Positions 38,660 through 47,400 of a stretch of 48,666 bases of DNA are shown in pieces. Every line of letters starts with the position of its first letter. Positions within the stretch are counted from its first letter, which is position 1. The stretch is from Thermoplasmata archaeon (GTDB lineage: Archaea > Thermoplasmatota > Thermoplasmata > Lutacidiplasmatales > UBA184). The stretch lies in NCBI GenBank assembly GCA_030037955.1, contig JASHPT010000161.1:1-48666 (forward strand), read 5' to 3'. The position numbers were made by a program, and so were the translations under genes. The notes below the pieces were generated by a model. That model saw only the letters and a list, made by a program, of their open reading frames with translations. It did not search any database and was not told the DNA's origin.

Positions 38660-39128
38660 TGCGAACCTTCACCTCCAGGTCCTCCGGCTCGTGGATCTTG
38701 AACGACCGGAGCAGCGGGTGGTAGGCGTAGCCCTCGGGCATGAAGATCCGCCGGAGGTCGGGATGGCCCTCGAACTTCACGCCCACGAGGTCCCAGGCCT
38801 CGCGTTCGTGGGCATTGGCCGACGGCCAGATCGGTACCGCGCTCGCGATGACCGGGGACTCTGCCGGAAGGTCGGTCGACAGGATCAGATACCGGCGGTC
38901 GGCGTCCGACCAGAGCACGTAGAAGACCTCTCGGTGGTCGATCCAGTCCGTGGCGCCGACCATCGTGAGGTGGGTGAAGTGGAAGTCGTCGCGCAGCGAC
39001 CGGAACAGGTCGGATGCCACGGTCGCGTCGAACCGAACCCGGCCGTTCGTCCCGGGGAACGTGTCGACGCCGAGAATCTTCCCCGGAAACCGGGCGGAGA
39101 GCCCGGCGGACAGTTGTTCCTGGTCCAT
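38652..39128 (-). CDS. nuoC: Complex I subunit C
   Basis: ERE.WDL.G..F.GHPDLRRI, HPL. Confidence 0.92.
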   Translation of the reverse strand: MDQEQLSAGLSARFPGKILGVDTFPGTNGRVRFDATVASDLFRSLRDDFHFTHLTMVGATDWIDHREVFYVLWSDADRRYLILSTDLPAESPVIASAVPIWPSANAHEREAWDLVGVKFEGHPDLRRIFMPEGYAYHPLLRSFKIHEPEDLEVKVRSD

Positions 39129-39170
39129 GGTCTCCTCCCGTCCCCCTCGGTGCGTCCGTGCCCCGGGAAG

Positions 39171-39797
39171 CTACTCTCCCCGCTCCTTGATCAGTTGCTC
39201 CAGGCGGAGGATCCCGTCCAGCATGTTCTCGGGACGCGGCGGGCAGCCGGCGATGTAGACGTCGACCGGGATCAGCTTATCCACACCCGGTACGACCGAA
39301 TAGGCGGTCCGGAACGGGCCGCCGCCGGTCGCACAGTTCCCCATCGCGATCGCCCACTTCGGCTCGGGCATCTGCTCGTACAGGGCGATGAGCTTGTGAG
39401 CGACCTTCCAGGTCACAGTCCCGTTGACGATGAGCAGATCGCACTGACGGGGAGACGACCGGGGCACGACCCCGAACCGCTCCGCATCCCACCGGGCGCC
39501 GAAGGCAGCGGCGAACTCGATCGCACAGCACGCGAGACCCCAGTGGAGGGGGAAGAGGGAGTTCCGGCCCGCCCAGTTGAAGACCGGGCGGATGAGCTTC
39601 CCTTGCGCCTGCTCCTTGAGCAGGGAGCTGAGCGCTTCCTTGGCCGCCGGGATGAACTCGCGGGCCCGGAGAGTCTCGATCTCGACGAACGGGACCCCCG
39701 GCTGGCCGACAACGGCGAGCGGGAGGTCGCCGGCCGGGGTGCTGTCGGGCGTAGTTCGCGGCAGCGGTTTGGACGTCTCGGGCGCCTGGCCACTCAT
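39171..39797 (-). CDS. nuoB: Complex I subunit B
   Basis: GLACCAIE, SPRQ, GNCA, PVDVYIAGCPP. Confidence 0.94.
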   Translation of the reverse strand: MSGQAPETSKPLPRTTPDSTPAGDLPLAVVGQPGVPFVEIETLRAREFIPAAKEALSSLLKEQAQGKLIRPVFNWAGRNSLFPLHWGLACCAIEFAAAFGARWDAERFGVVPRSSPRQCDLLIVNGTVTWKVAHKLIALYEQMPEPKWAIAMGNCATGGGPFRTAYSVVPGVDKLIPVDVYIAGCPPRPENMLDGILRLEQLIKERGE

Positions 39798-40159
39798 ACG
39801 ACCATCCTCCGTTCGCCGACGAGAGCGTAGTAGATACCGACGATGGCGAGGGCGGTGAACCCGAAGGCGATGAAGGTGGGCAGCCAGGCATCGTTCACGC
39901 GGCGGTAGCTTACCCCCCAGAGAGCGAGGATGAAGCCGATGACATCGACCGCGACGAAGACGATGGCGAAGGTGTAGTGCTGTGTCGGAAAGTCGATCTG
40001 GGTCTCGCCTTCCGGCTCCTGTCCGGACTCGTAGGTCAGCGATTGCAGGTACGCCCTACGCCGTCGAGCCCCCAGCGCCCGGTTTCCCAGGATCGACCCG
40101 ACGCCGAAGACGCAGGCCACGGCGGCGAACACCAGAAATGTGGTCACCCCGGCCGCCAT
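39794..40159 (-). CDS. nuoA: Complex I subunit A
   Basis: Three TM, YESG loop, AIVFVAVDV; first gene of operon. Confidence 0.88.
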   Translation of the reverse strand: MAAGVTTFLVFAAVACVFGVGSILGNRALGARRRRAYLQSLTYESGQEPEGETQIDFPTQHYTFAIVFVAVDVIGFILALWGVSYRRVNDAWLPTFIAFGFTALAIVGIYYALVGERRMVV

Positions 40160-40212
40160 TTTTCGACCCGCCTCCGGCTCGGATGCTGGTTCTTCGATTC
40201 GGACCTTCTGAC

Positions 40213-40221
40213 TTTATTTAA
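40213..40221. promoter_or_regulatory. TTTATTTAA box between divergent nuoA and acylphosphatase
   Basis: Reads as TATA-like on both strands (TTTATTTA / TTAAATAAA). Confidence 0.55.
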
Positions 40222-40241
40222 GGTCCGGGGGGTGCGGCGGC

Positions 40242-40517
40242 GTGGCAAGCGTTCGCATACGTCTCCGGGTGGTGGGGGACGTGCAGGGCGTGGGCTTCCG
40301 GCTGTTCGTACGAAACCGGTCCGAGCCCCTCGGGGTCGGCGGGTTCGTCCAGAACCGGCCCGATGGCAGCGTTCTCGCGGAACTGGAGGGCGACCCCGCG
40401 AGCGTACAGGAGCTCGAACGAGTGATCCGCGAGGAGCACCCGCATGCCCGCGTCCACCGGGTCGACCGGGAGGAGATTCCCGCGGTCGGGTCCGTGCCCC
40501 CGGTGCAGATTCGGTAG
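40242..40517 (+). CDS. acyP: Acylphosphatase
   Basis: GDVQGVGFR, GFVQNRPDGSV. Confidence 0.92.
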   Translation: MASVRIRLRVVGDVQGVGFRLFVRNRSEPLGVGGFVQNRPDGSVLAELEGDPASVQELERVIREEHPHARVHRVDREEIPAVGSVPPVQIR

Positions 40518-40534
40518 ACCCTCCGGGGCCCGAC

Positions 40535-41344
40535 CTACCCTTCCGGCGGTGGAAACTCCGGCTTTCGCTTCTCGCCGAACGCCTGGATCCCCTCGGCAAT
40601 CTCGGGGCCGGCGGCCACTTCGGTGGCGTATCTCCGCTCGAGGGCGAGTTGGGCCTCGAGGCTGGAACCGTAGGCGGTGACCATCAAGTGCTTGAGCGCG
40701 GCATAGGCTCGAGTCGGACCGGCGGCCAGTTCCGCTGCCCTCTCCCAGGCGCGGGCCTCCAGCTCCTCGGGGGCGACCACTTGATGGATCAGGCCGAGCG
40801 ACAGCGCACGGTCGGCAGTGACGCGGCTGTTCGAAAAGAAGAGCTCCTGGGCTAGCCCGATTCCCACGTAGTGCGGGAGCAGGAACGTGAGGCCCCCGTC
40901 CGGGACGGCCCCGAGAGCCCCGAACGCAGGGACGAGGGTCGCGTTCGTGGAGGCGATCCGCCAGTCGCACGCCAAGGCGAGCGACAGTCCGCCGCCGGCT
41001 GCAACGCCCGGCAAGGCCGCAACCACCGGCTTCTTCATCCCGAGCAGTTCCCGGATCGTGAACTCGAGTTCCCCGGTGAGCTCGTAGAAGAGCCGGGCCA
41101 GGCTGCCCGAGTCCAGATGGGCTCGCATCGAGGACACGTCGCCCCCGGCCGAGAACGCCTTGCCCTCCCCGGTCAGGATGACCGCTCGGACGGCCGGGTC
41201 GTGGGCGGCGGTCTGGAGGGCTCCCCGGAGCGCTCGCACCGAGTCGGGGTCCAGTGCGTTGAGCCTGCTCGGCCGGGACAGTCGAACACGGGCCACGGCG
41301 TCGCGACGGTCGACCTGGATGGTCGATGGGGCAGGGCCTTCCAT
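40535..41344 (-). CDS. Enoyl-CoA hydratase/isomerase (crotonase, PaaG-like)
   Basis: FSAGGD, GVAAGGGLSLALACD, PDGG, EGIQAFGEKRKPEF. Confidence 0.9.
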   Translation of the reverse strand: MEGPAPSTIQVDRRDAVARVRLSRPSRLNALDPDSVRALRGALQTAAHDPAVRAVILTGEGKAFSAGGDVSSMRAHLDSGSLARLFYELTGELEFTIRELLGMKKPVVAALPGVAAGGGLSLALACDWRIASTNATLVPAFGALGAVPDGGLTFLLPHYVGIGLAQELFFSNSRVTADRALSLGLIHQVVAPEELEARAWERAAELAAGPTRAYAALKHLMVTAYGSSLEAQLALERRYATEVAAGPEIAEGIQAFGEKRKPEFPPPEG

Positions 41345-41395
41345 GGCGGCTCCAGCGCCGCCCGGGCCTTTACGCTACCCCCGACGGTCCGTTCG

Positions 41396-41959
41396 TCAGG
41401 GCCGGGAACCCGCCCGGCGGAAGTCCACCGGTCCCCCGACTTCGAAGATCATCCATCCGATGGTCACGCCGAAGGCCACATGGTCGAGGAGCCCGAAGCC
41501 CAGAGGCTGCAGGAACGAGGCGAACGTCGGATGGTCGAGCGAATAGATGACCGGGATGTAGAAGACTGCCCAGACCACGATGCCGAGCAGGGCGCCATCG
41601 ACGACCGCCCAGCCCCGGGTCGTAAAGGAAGGCCAGGTGAGGGTTCGGTGGGAAAACACTCCCAGCGTCGCCACGAACACAAGGGCAGCCACCAGCGGGA
41701 TCAGCAGGTCCACGAGGAGGCCGACAAGAAGCCCGGAGGTCCCCCGGACTCCGAGCACGTCACCCGTACCTTCGTACGGCCCGAGAACCCCGTAGCCGTG
41801 CAGTACCGAGTTGGCGGACGAGAAGAGCAGGACGACGAGCCATGCCGCCACCCCCGCGAAGACGGCTCCGACCCAGTGACGAAACCGGACGGCACGTGCC
41901 GCGGACCGATCCGGGGCGGCTCGATTTATAGCGGTCGGGGAGTCGTCGGACAGTGTCAC
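41396..41959 (-). CDS. Hypothetical membrane protein (about 4 TM)
   Basis: Hydrophobic helices, G..LG.VVW and DHVAFG; start uncertain. Confidence 0.65.
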   Translation of the reverse strand: MTLSDDSPTAINRAAPDRSAARAVRFRHWVGAVFAGVAAWLVVLLFSSANSVLHGYGVLGPYEGTGDVLGVRGTSGLLVGLLVDLLIPLVAALVFVATLGVFSHRTLTWPSFTTRGWAVVDGALLGIVVWAVFYIPVIYSLDHPTFASFLQPLGFGLLDHVAFGVTIGWMIFEVGGPVDFRRAGSRP

Positions 41960-43230
41960 AAACGGCCCCTCTCCACGGTGCGCGCGAACAGCTCACGTGG
42001 GGACCCGTGGCCCTGGCGATCGCGGTGGCCGCTCTCGTGACACTCTCGGGACTCATCGTGCTGTACCGACCGGGGATGGTCCCGCTGCCGTTGTCCCCGA
42101 GCGCCGCATGCACGAGTCGCATCACGGTCGAGGACAGTACTCCGCTGTTGGGGACTGCGTTCTCGGCCGGGGCCATCTGGGGGAGCGGAGGGAACAATTC
42201 CTCCGTTCTGCTCGGCGGAACACGAGCCTACGTCCAATCCACGGACTTCAACGTTCCAGCGCTGAGCGAGGTGACCGGCTCGGTGTCCCAGGCGGTGGGA
42301 CAGAACCTCTCCTCGCTGATCGCACCGTACTTCGTGGACGGTGGCGTGTATTCCGAGACCTGGAACGGAAGCGCGTGGCTGCTGGGCGGCCAGGCGGACT
42401 TCAACGGGACGCCGGTGCCGGCTCTCGTCAGCTGGTCGGACGGAACGATCACGAACCTCACCGGCCAGATCGCCTCCGACTTCGTTCAGTCGGCTCCGAG
42501 CCAGCCGTGGCCGGACTGGGGCGTATGGGAAACGGACTGGAACGGCTCGGCCTGGCTCGTCGCGGGCAACGGGAGCCGGGGTGCGGTCCTTCTCTCCATC
42601 GAGGGGGACGAGATCACCGACCTCAGCCCGGCCCTCGCCCCGTCGGCCCAGCAGGGGTACATCACGATGCTCGCATGGAACGGCACCGGCTGGATCGTCG
42701 GCGGGTACCAGGTCCTCGAGAGCTACGCCGACGGTCGGTTCGCCAACCTGCTGCCCGCCTCTCCCTTCTCCGGCAGCGGTGCCTTTGGTGCGGACTGGAA
42801 CGGGACCAGCTGGCTCATCGGCGGGGGGTCGCCCACGGCACTCGCCGTCCTCACCGGGGACCGGCTCACGGACGGACCCGCGATGCCGGCCTCGTTCCGG
42901 AACGCGTGGATCAACGACATCGTCGATGTCCCGTCCGACGAGTGGGCCTCCGGTTGCTCCGGCTGGATGATCGCCGGCCTGGGTCTCGTGGCGCCGGCGC
43001 ATTATTCCGCGGCGCTGGCCGTCTGGATGCCGACCCTCGCTCCTGGGGTCGTCGACCTGACGGCCTTGCTCCCCGCGAGCTTCGCGGGCGGCGAGGTCGA
43101 GGACGAGACCTGGGCACCGAATCTCGGCACCGGGGTCCTGCTGTTGTCGGGTCAGGGGCATCTCAACCTCGACACCGGGTTCTCGACCGGCGCGCTCGCA
43201 ACCCTGGACCTGGATGGCACCGGGAGCTAG
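41953..43230 (+). CDS. Membrane-anchored/secreted WNG(S/T)xW-repeat protein, probable beta-propeller
   Basis: N-terminal TM; WNGSAWLLGG, WNGSAWLVAG, WNGTGWIVGG, WNGTSWLIGG; TTTATA at 41925-41930. Confidence 0.78.
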   Translation: MSQTAPLHGAREQLTWGPVALAIAVAALVTLSGLIVLYRPGMVPLPLSPSAACTSRITVEDSTPLLGTAFSAGAIWGSGGNNSSVLLGGTRAYVQSTDFNVPALSEVTGSVSQAVGQNLSSLIAPYFVDGGVYSETWNGSAWLLGGQADFNGTPVPALVSWSDGTITNLTGQIASDFVQSAPSQPWPDWGVWETDWNGSAWLVAGNGSRGAVLLSIEGDEITDLSPALAPSAQQGYITMLAWNGTGWIVGGYQVLESYADGRFANLLPASPFSGSGAFGADWNGTSWLIGGGSPTALAVLTGDRLTDGPAMPASFRNAWINDIVDVPSDEWASGCSGWMIAGLGLVAPAHYSAALAVWMPTLAPGVVDLTALLPASFAGGEVEDETWAPNLGTGVLLLSGQGHLNLDTGFSTGALATLDLDGTGS

Positions 43231-43245
43231 TACGCCGAACATCCC

Positions 43246-44436
43246 CTAGGCACTGCTCGGTAGCACGGTGACAAGGGCCAGGGCACCAACCCCGAACCCC
43301 GTGTCGTTGTTGTAGTCGCCTTCTCCCACGACCAGGAAGCTGTCCGCCCCGAAGGCCGGGACCTCGCATCCCGATTGGAGGTCACCGCCCGTGAACGCCG
43401 ACGGCAGCTCCGGTGTCACGTCGACCGTTGTCGAGGACGAGCCCTCTCCGTTCCAGAAGACCAGCTCCGGGGCGAAGGCGCCCGCGGACGAGGTTCCGGT
43501 GCCACCGATCAGCCAGCCCTGGGCGATCCGGCTGACGAAGGTGACGGACTGGTCGAAGTGGTCTCCCAGCGGTGGCACTGCGTGGACCGTGTCTCCGTCG
43601 ACCAGGACGAGACGGCCGGCACCACCCCCCGCGAGCCATTCCGACCCATCCCAGCCCGCGGCATAGACGCCGGCACCCGCGTAGGGCGACTGGCTCCAGA
43701 GGTCCGTGAAGGTGTTCCCCTGGAGCAGTCCAAAGACGCCCTCCCCCCCGACGAGCCACTCCTGACCGTTCCAATCGAGCGTCTGGATGTAGTTCCACGG
43801 GTCCCAGCCACGAATCTCGGAGGTCAGGTTGGTCACCCGAGTTCCGTGGAGCGAGATCAACACGGGCCCCTGCGTGGAATTCCCTCCGAAGAGCCAGGAG
43901 GTGCCGTTCCAGCCCATCGCAAAGACCCCGCCTCCGTTGAACGCGCCTCCGAGCAGGTCGGTCTCGTTGACGAATCCTCCCGACTGCAGCCGTACCAGGG
44001 CCCCGAAATTGTTGGAACCGCCGCCCCAGCCGGCCTGCCCTCCGATCAGCCAAGCCGTACCGTTCCAGCCCATGGCGTACACACCTCCCTCCCAGAACTC
44101 GGTGTTCACGGCCGGCGTCAGATTGGTTACGGACGGTGAGGAGGCCGGGCCTTCCAGCGAGGCGAGTCCGGGCAGGGTGAACTCGGGCACCTTGACGTAG
44201 ACCCCGATTCCCCCCAGCAACGTTTCCGTCCCGTTCGAGGCGGCCCCGAGGATCACCCCGGGATCATAGACGGGGCCGAGAGCCGCCGATTCGTTGTAGA
44301 CGGCGAACCCGGGGGCTAGCGGCACCTTCGACGGCACCGGGACGACAAGGACCTGCGACGCCACGAGGAGCACGATCGCGACGCCAACGCCGACGAGGAT
44401 GGCGGCGGCTGAGGCTCTGGGCGAGGCTGCCGTCAT
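43246..44436 (-). CDS. Paralogous membrane-anchored/secreted WNG-repeat protein
   Basis: ATG 44436 in ATGA overlap; TM; WNGTAWLIGG, WNGTSWLFGG, WNGQEWLVGG, WDGSEWLAGG. Confidence 0.78.
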   Translation of the reverse strand: MTAASPRASAAAILVGVGVAIVLLVASQVLVVPVPSKVPLAPGFAVYNESAALGPVYDPGVILGAASNGTETLLGGIGVYVKVPEFTLPGLASLEGPASSPSVTNLTPAVNTEFWEGGVYAMGWNGTAWLIGGQAGWGGGSNNFGALVRLQSGGFVNETDLLGGAFNGGGVFAMGWNGTSWLFGGNSTQGPVLISLHGTRVTNLTSEIRGWDPWNYIQTLDWNGQEWLVGGEGVFGLLQGNTFTDLWSQSPYAGAGVYAAGWDGSEWLAGGGAGRLVLVDGDTVHAVPPLGDHFDQSVTFVSRIAQGWLIGGTGTSSAGAFAPELVFWNGEGSSSTTVDVTPELPSAFTGGDLQSGCEVPAFGADSFLVVGEGDYNNDTGFGVGALALVTVLPSSA

Positions 44437-45446
44437 CCGCCGACTCCTGCCGACGCGGCAGCCACGGCAGGTTCTCTCTCCTCGATCGTCATCGCCCGTG
44501 GGCCAGTCTCGGCGCTTGCAGCATCCAGGATACCCGCTCGAAACTGCAAGAGGAAACCGCAGCCGGGACACCGGTGGTTCCAGTCCGACTCGAGGTCGAC
44601 CGGGCCGGCCCGGCTCCCGCAGTCGGGGCACGCGATCGCGGTCGCCAGATCCTCGACCGGCGGCGCCGACCCCTGCGGTCCGAAGGCCCGTGCGAGCTGA
44701 AACCGGCTCGGAAAGACTCCACCGAGCCGGCCGCCGTAGGTTTCAGCGAAGGTCTGGAACACGGGGGCCGGCAGCCATTTGAACGGCCGATAGTCCTCGA
44801 GCCCCGTCGGGAACTCGCGGACGGCCCGGAAGCCGGCCGCTTCGAGCGTGCGGGCGAACCGGGCTCGGGTCGGGGCCCATGCGGGGAAGGAGCTGGGCCG
44901 GACCTCCACGAGGTCCGCCCGACTGAACGTAGTCGAGGAGCCGCTCGTCGATTGGCTCGCGAGACCCATTCGCACATCGGATACCAAGGTCCCGATCGAC
45001 GGCCTTGGTTCGTACGACACCACGAGACATCCCCCCGGGACCAGTACCCGCCGGAGCTCCTGGAGCGCGGCGACCGGGTACTCGAGAAAGTTGTAGACCC
45101 GTACCATGGCGGCGGCGGTGAAGGTGGAGTCGGCAAAGGGGAGCCGGTAGACGTTCGCGACGGACCGAAACGCGGCGGGCCGGTCGAAGGAACGGTGGTC
45201 GAGCCGCTCCACGAACGCGCGTGTGACGTCGGCGGCCACGAACTCGTGGGCCGCGGCCCGGAGGGTCGGCGTGAGTCGACCTCCGCCGGAGCCGACTTCG
45301 AGCATCCGGCTAGTATCAACGCCTTGGAGAGCCGCCTCGAGAACTCCGGCTTCGACCTGAGTCGTTTTCGCCCGGTGGCGCCACAGCCGCTCGAAGTCAA
45401 GCCGAGAAAAGTCGGGCGGTGAGGCTGCTTTTCGTCTATGCTCCAT
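44433..45446 (-). CDS. Class I SAM-dependent methyltransferase with C-terminal Zn ribbon
   Basis: LEVGSGGGR, LPFADSTF, RVLVPGG; CPDC...CPGC. Confidence 0.85.
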   Translation of the reverse strand: MEHRRKAASPPDFSRLDFERLWRHRAKTTQVEAGVLEAALQGVDTSRMLEVGSGGGRLTPTLRAAAHEFVAADVTRAFVERLDHRSFDRPAAFRSVANVYRLPFADSTFTAAAMVRVYNFLEYPVAALQELRRVLVPGGCLVVSYEPRPSIGTLVSDVRMGLASQSTSGSSTTFSRADLVEVRPSSFPAWAPTRARFARTLEAAGFRAVREFPTGLEDYRPFKWLPAPVFQTFAETYGGRLGGVFPSRFQLARAFGPQGSAPPVEDLATAIACPDCGSRAGPVDLESDWNHRCPGCGFLLQFRAGILDAASAETGPRAMTIEEREPAVAAASAGVGG

Positions 45447-45495
45447 CTCGGCTTTCTCCTAGCCCGGGCTGCAGGCCATCGGGGTCGATCGTAGG

Positions 45496-46335
45496 GTGCC
45501 GTATCCGTCGGTCGCGCCAGCCGCCTCCTCGATGCCGTCGCATTCCCGTGAGCGCGACGACGCTGACCCCGAGGAGGCCGCTGGGAGGAACACCGCGGTG
45601 GGGCCCGCAGGCACGCCGAACTCGGCTGGAGACGCTGAGGTCCACGCCCGGTTCGAGAGCGACCTGGTCCTCCGCCTGCTGTCCGGTAGAACCTATCGGC
45701 GCATTCTCGACGGGGGAACCGGCGCAGGCCGTCTCCTGCCGGTGCTGACCCGCCTCGCCGAACAGTGCTACGCCGTGGACCTCGAGCGCGTTCTGCTCCG
45801 ACGGGCCGCGTCGAGAGTCACACGCGACTCGTCCCCTCACCTGGTCGGTGCCGACGTCCAGCGACTTCCCTTCCGGGCCTCGGTCTTCGATGCGGCCCTC
45901 CTCATTCGGGTGTATCACCGACTGCCGGATCCGGTGCGGGCGCTCGCCGAAATGGCGCGCGTCCTTCGGCCCGGGGGTGTGCTGGTCCTCTCGGTCCATC
46001 CGCGTCCGTCCCTGCGAACGCTCTACCACGATGTGACGCCCTCCGTTGGGACCCGCGGGTCGTCGACGGCCGCCCGGGCTTCTGCGGTACGAGTCGGCCC
46101 GGACTCCTCGCCGGGCTGGGTCGAGGCCTTGTCGACAACCGAGGCACGCCTGCGGGGGGCCGGCTTCCACGTGACCCTGCGCTGCGCGACGGGCTTCGAC
46201 GAGCTTCCGGTGCTCCGAGCGTTGCCCGAGAGCGTCTGGATCCGGGTCGCGGGCTCGGGGCTCACGCCCCCGCTCTCGCCGTGCGTGTTTCTGGTCTCCG
46301 AGCGGTTGCCAGGGCCGGAAGAGCATCGACTGTGA
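45496..46335 (+). CDS. Class I SAM-dependent methyltransferase
   Basis: LDGGTGAGR, ADVQRLPF, RVLRPGG; start uncertain. Confidence 0.82.
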   Translation: MPYPSVAPAASSMPSHSRERDDADPEEAAGRNTAVGPAGTPNSAGDAEVHARFESDLVLRLLSGRTYRRILDGGTGAGRLLPVLTRLAEQCYAVDLERVLLRRAASRVTRDSSPHLVGADVQRLPFRASVFDAALLIRVYHRLPDPVRALAEMARVLRPGGVLVLSVHPRPSLRTLYHDVTPSVGTRGSSTAARASAVRVGPDSSPGWVEALSTTEARLRGAGFHVTLRCATGFDELPVLRALPESVWIRVAGSGLTPPLSPCVFLVSERLPGPEEHRL

Positions 46336-47132
46336 GCTTGTCCGAGCCCCTGGCCCCCGTGGACGTCCTGGTCGCCTCGTACAACTCCGGAACGACGATT
46401 CGCGAAACCCTCGCGTCCGTCCGCCGGTGCGTTCCGGTGCACTGCCTGATCGTCGTGGACCGGCAGAGTACCGATGGAACGGTGGAGGTGGCCCGAGAGT
46501 TCGGGGCCCAGATCCTCTCGGACCGGGCAGGACTCGGGTATGCCCGAAACGCGGCCCTGCAGGCGGCGGACACCGATCCCGTTCTCTTCGTCGACAGCGA
46601 TGTGACCATCGAGCGTCCCGACTTCTACGCCCTCGCTCTCCGAGAATACGCGCACGCCGGCACAGCCGCGGTCGTGGGGATGTCGGTCGGACACCCCTAC
46701 CGGTACGGCCTGCCGCTCGGCCTCACGCTGGTCGGAAGACACTGGAGTCTCGCGGCTCGGATACCGGATCAGGTCCAGTCTCGGGAGACGTACTTTCTCC
46801 AGCGGGCGGCTCGGCAGCAGGGGAAGCACGTGCGATACGTGGAGAACTCCATGATCCACTACGGGACCTATCGCCGCGTAGGCCACTGGCCCGAGTTCCA
46901 GGGAGCGTGGGTGCGCTCGACCTCGGGCTGGAGCCTGCGGGAACTCGCGTATTCGGCCGAGGTGGTCCTCCTCATGCACATGAACAGCGGCCGGCCGCGC
47001 AACGTACTCTACTCGCCGATCTTCTACGGCAAGCTGCTCCGCGGCTTCCTGCACCCGGACCGATGGGCGCGCCTGGAGCGGCGCTCCGACGGTATCACGG
47101 GGTCGGCGCATGCGGGACCTCCTCGTCCCTGA
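46332..47132 (+). CDS. Glycosyltransferase family 2
   Basis: VLVASYNS, VVD..STDGT, GLGYARN, FVDSD DxD; GTGA overlap. Confidence 0.87.
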   Translation: MSLSEPLAPVDVLVASYNSGTTIRETLASVRRCVPVHCLIVVDRQSTDGTVEVAREFGAQILSDRAGLGYARNAALQAADTDPVLFVDSDVTIERPDFYALALREYAHAGTAAVVGMSVGHPYRYGLPLGLTLVGRHWSLAARIPDQVQSRETYFLQRAARQQGKHVRYVENSMIHYGTYRRVGHWPEFQGAWVRSTSGWSLRELAYSAEVVLLMHMNSGRPRNVLYSPIFYGKLLRGFLHPDRWARLERRSDGITGSAHAGPPRP

Positions 47133-47400
47133 GGGCACGAACGATCCGGGGAATGTCGTAGTCCAGCGTCTCGACGACCGTGTCCCCGACGGGCCGGGTT
47201 CGGGCGACGATCCCGGCGGCGCTTGCGATGAAGAGGAACGACCTCCGCTTGGTATCGATCCCGAGGCAGAGACCGTGATTGGAGAGCAGGTACTTGATGG
47301 GCAGCCGCTCGGAATACACGCGAAGCGCGGTGCGGGCCCACCGGAAACTCGAAGTCGCTCGGGCTCCGGGCCGCAGGGGTCCCGACGCGGGGGAGTTCAC
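47095..47400 (-). CDS. Hypothetical protein (about 101 aa)
   Basis: GTG 47400 overlaps upstream stop; ordered core IKYLLSNHGLCLGIDT..RPVGD..ETLDYDI. Confidence 0.6.
   Translation of the reverse strand: MNSPASGPLRPGARATSSFRWARTALRVYSERLPIKYLLSNHGLCLGIDTKRRSFLFIASAAGIVARTRPVGDTVVETLDYDIPRIVRALRDEEVPHAPTP

Noticed and set aside
37514-39797. Membrane-bound NiFe hydrogenase interpretation of the D and B subunits
   Set aside because: Subunit D lacks both Ni-binding CxxC motifs; subunit B has the tandem CC of NuoB
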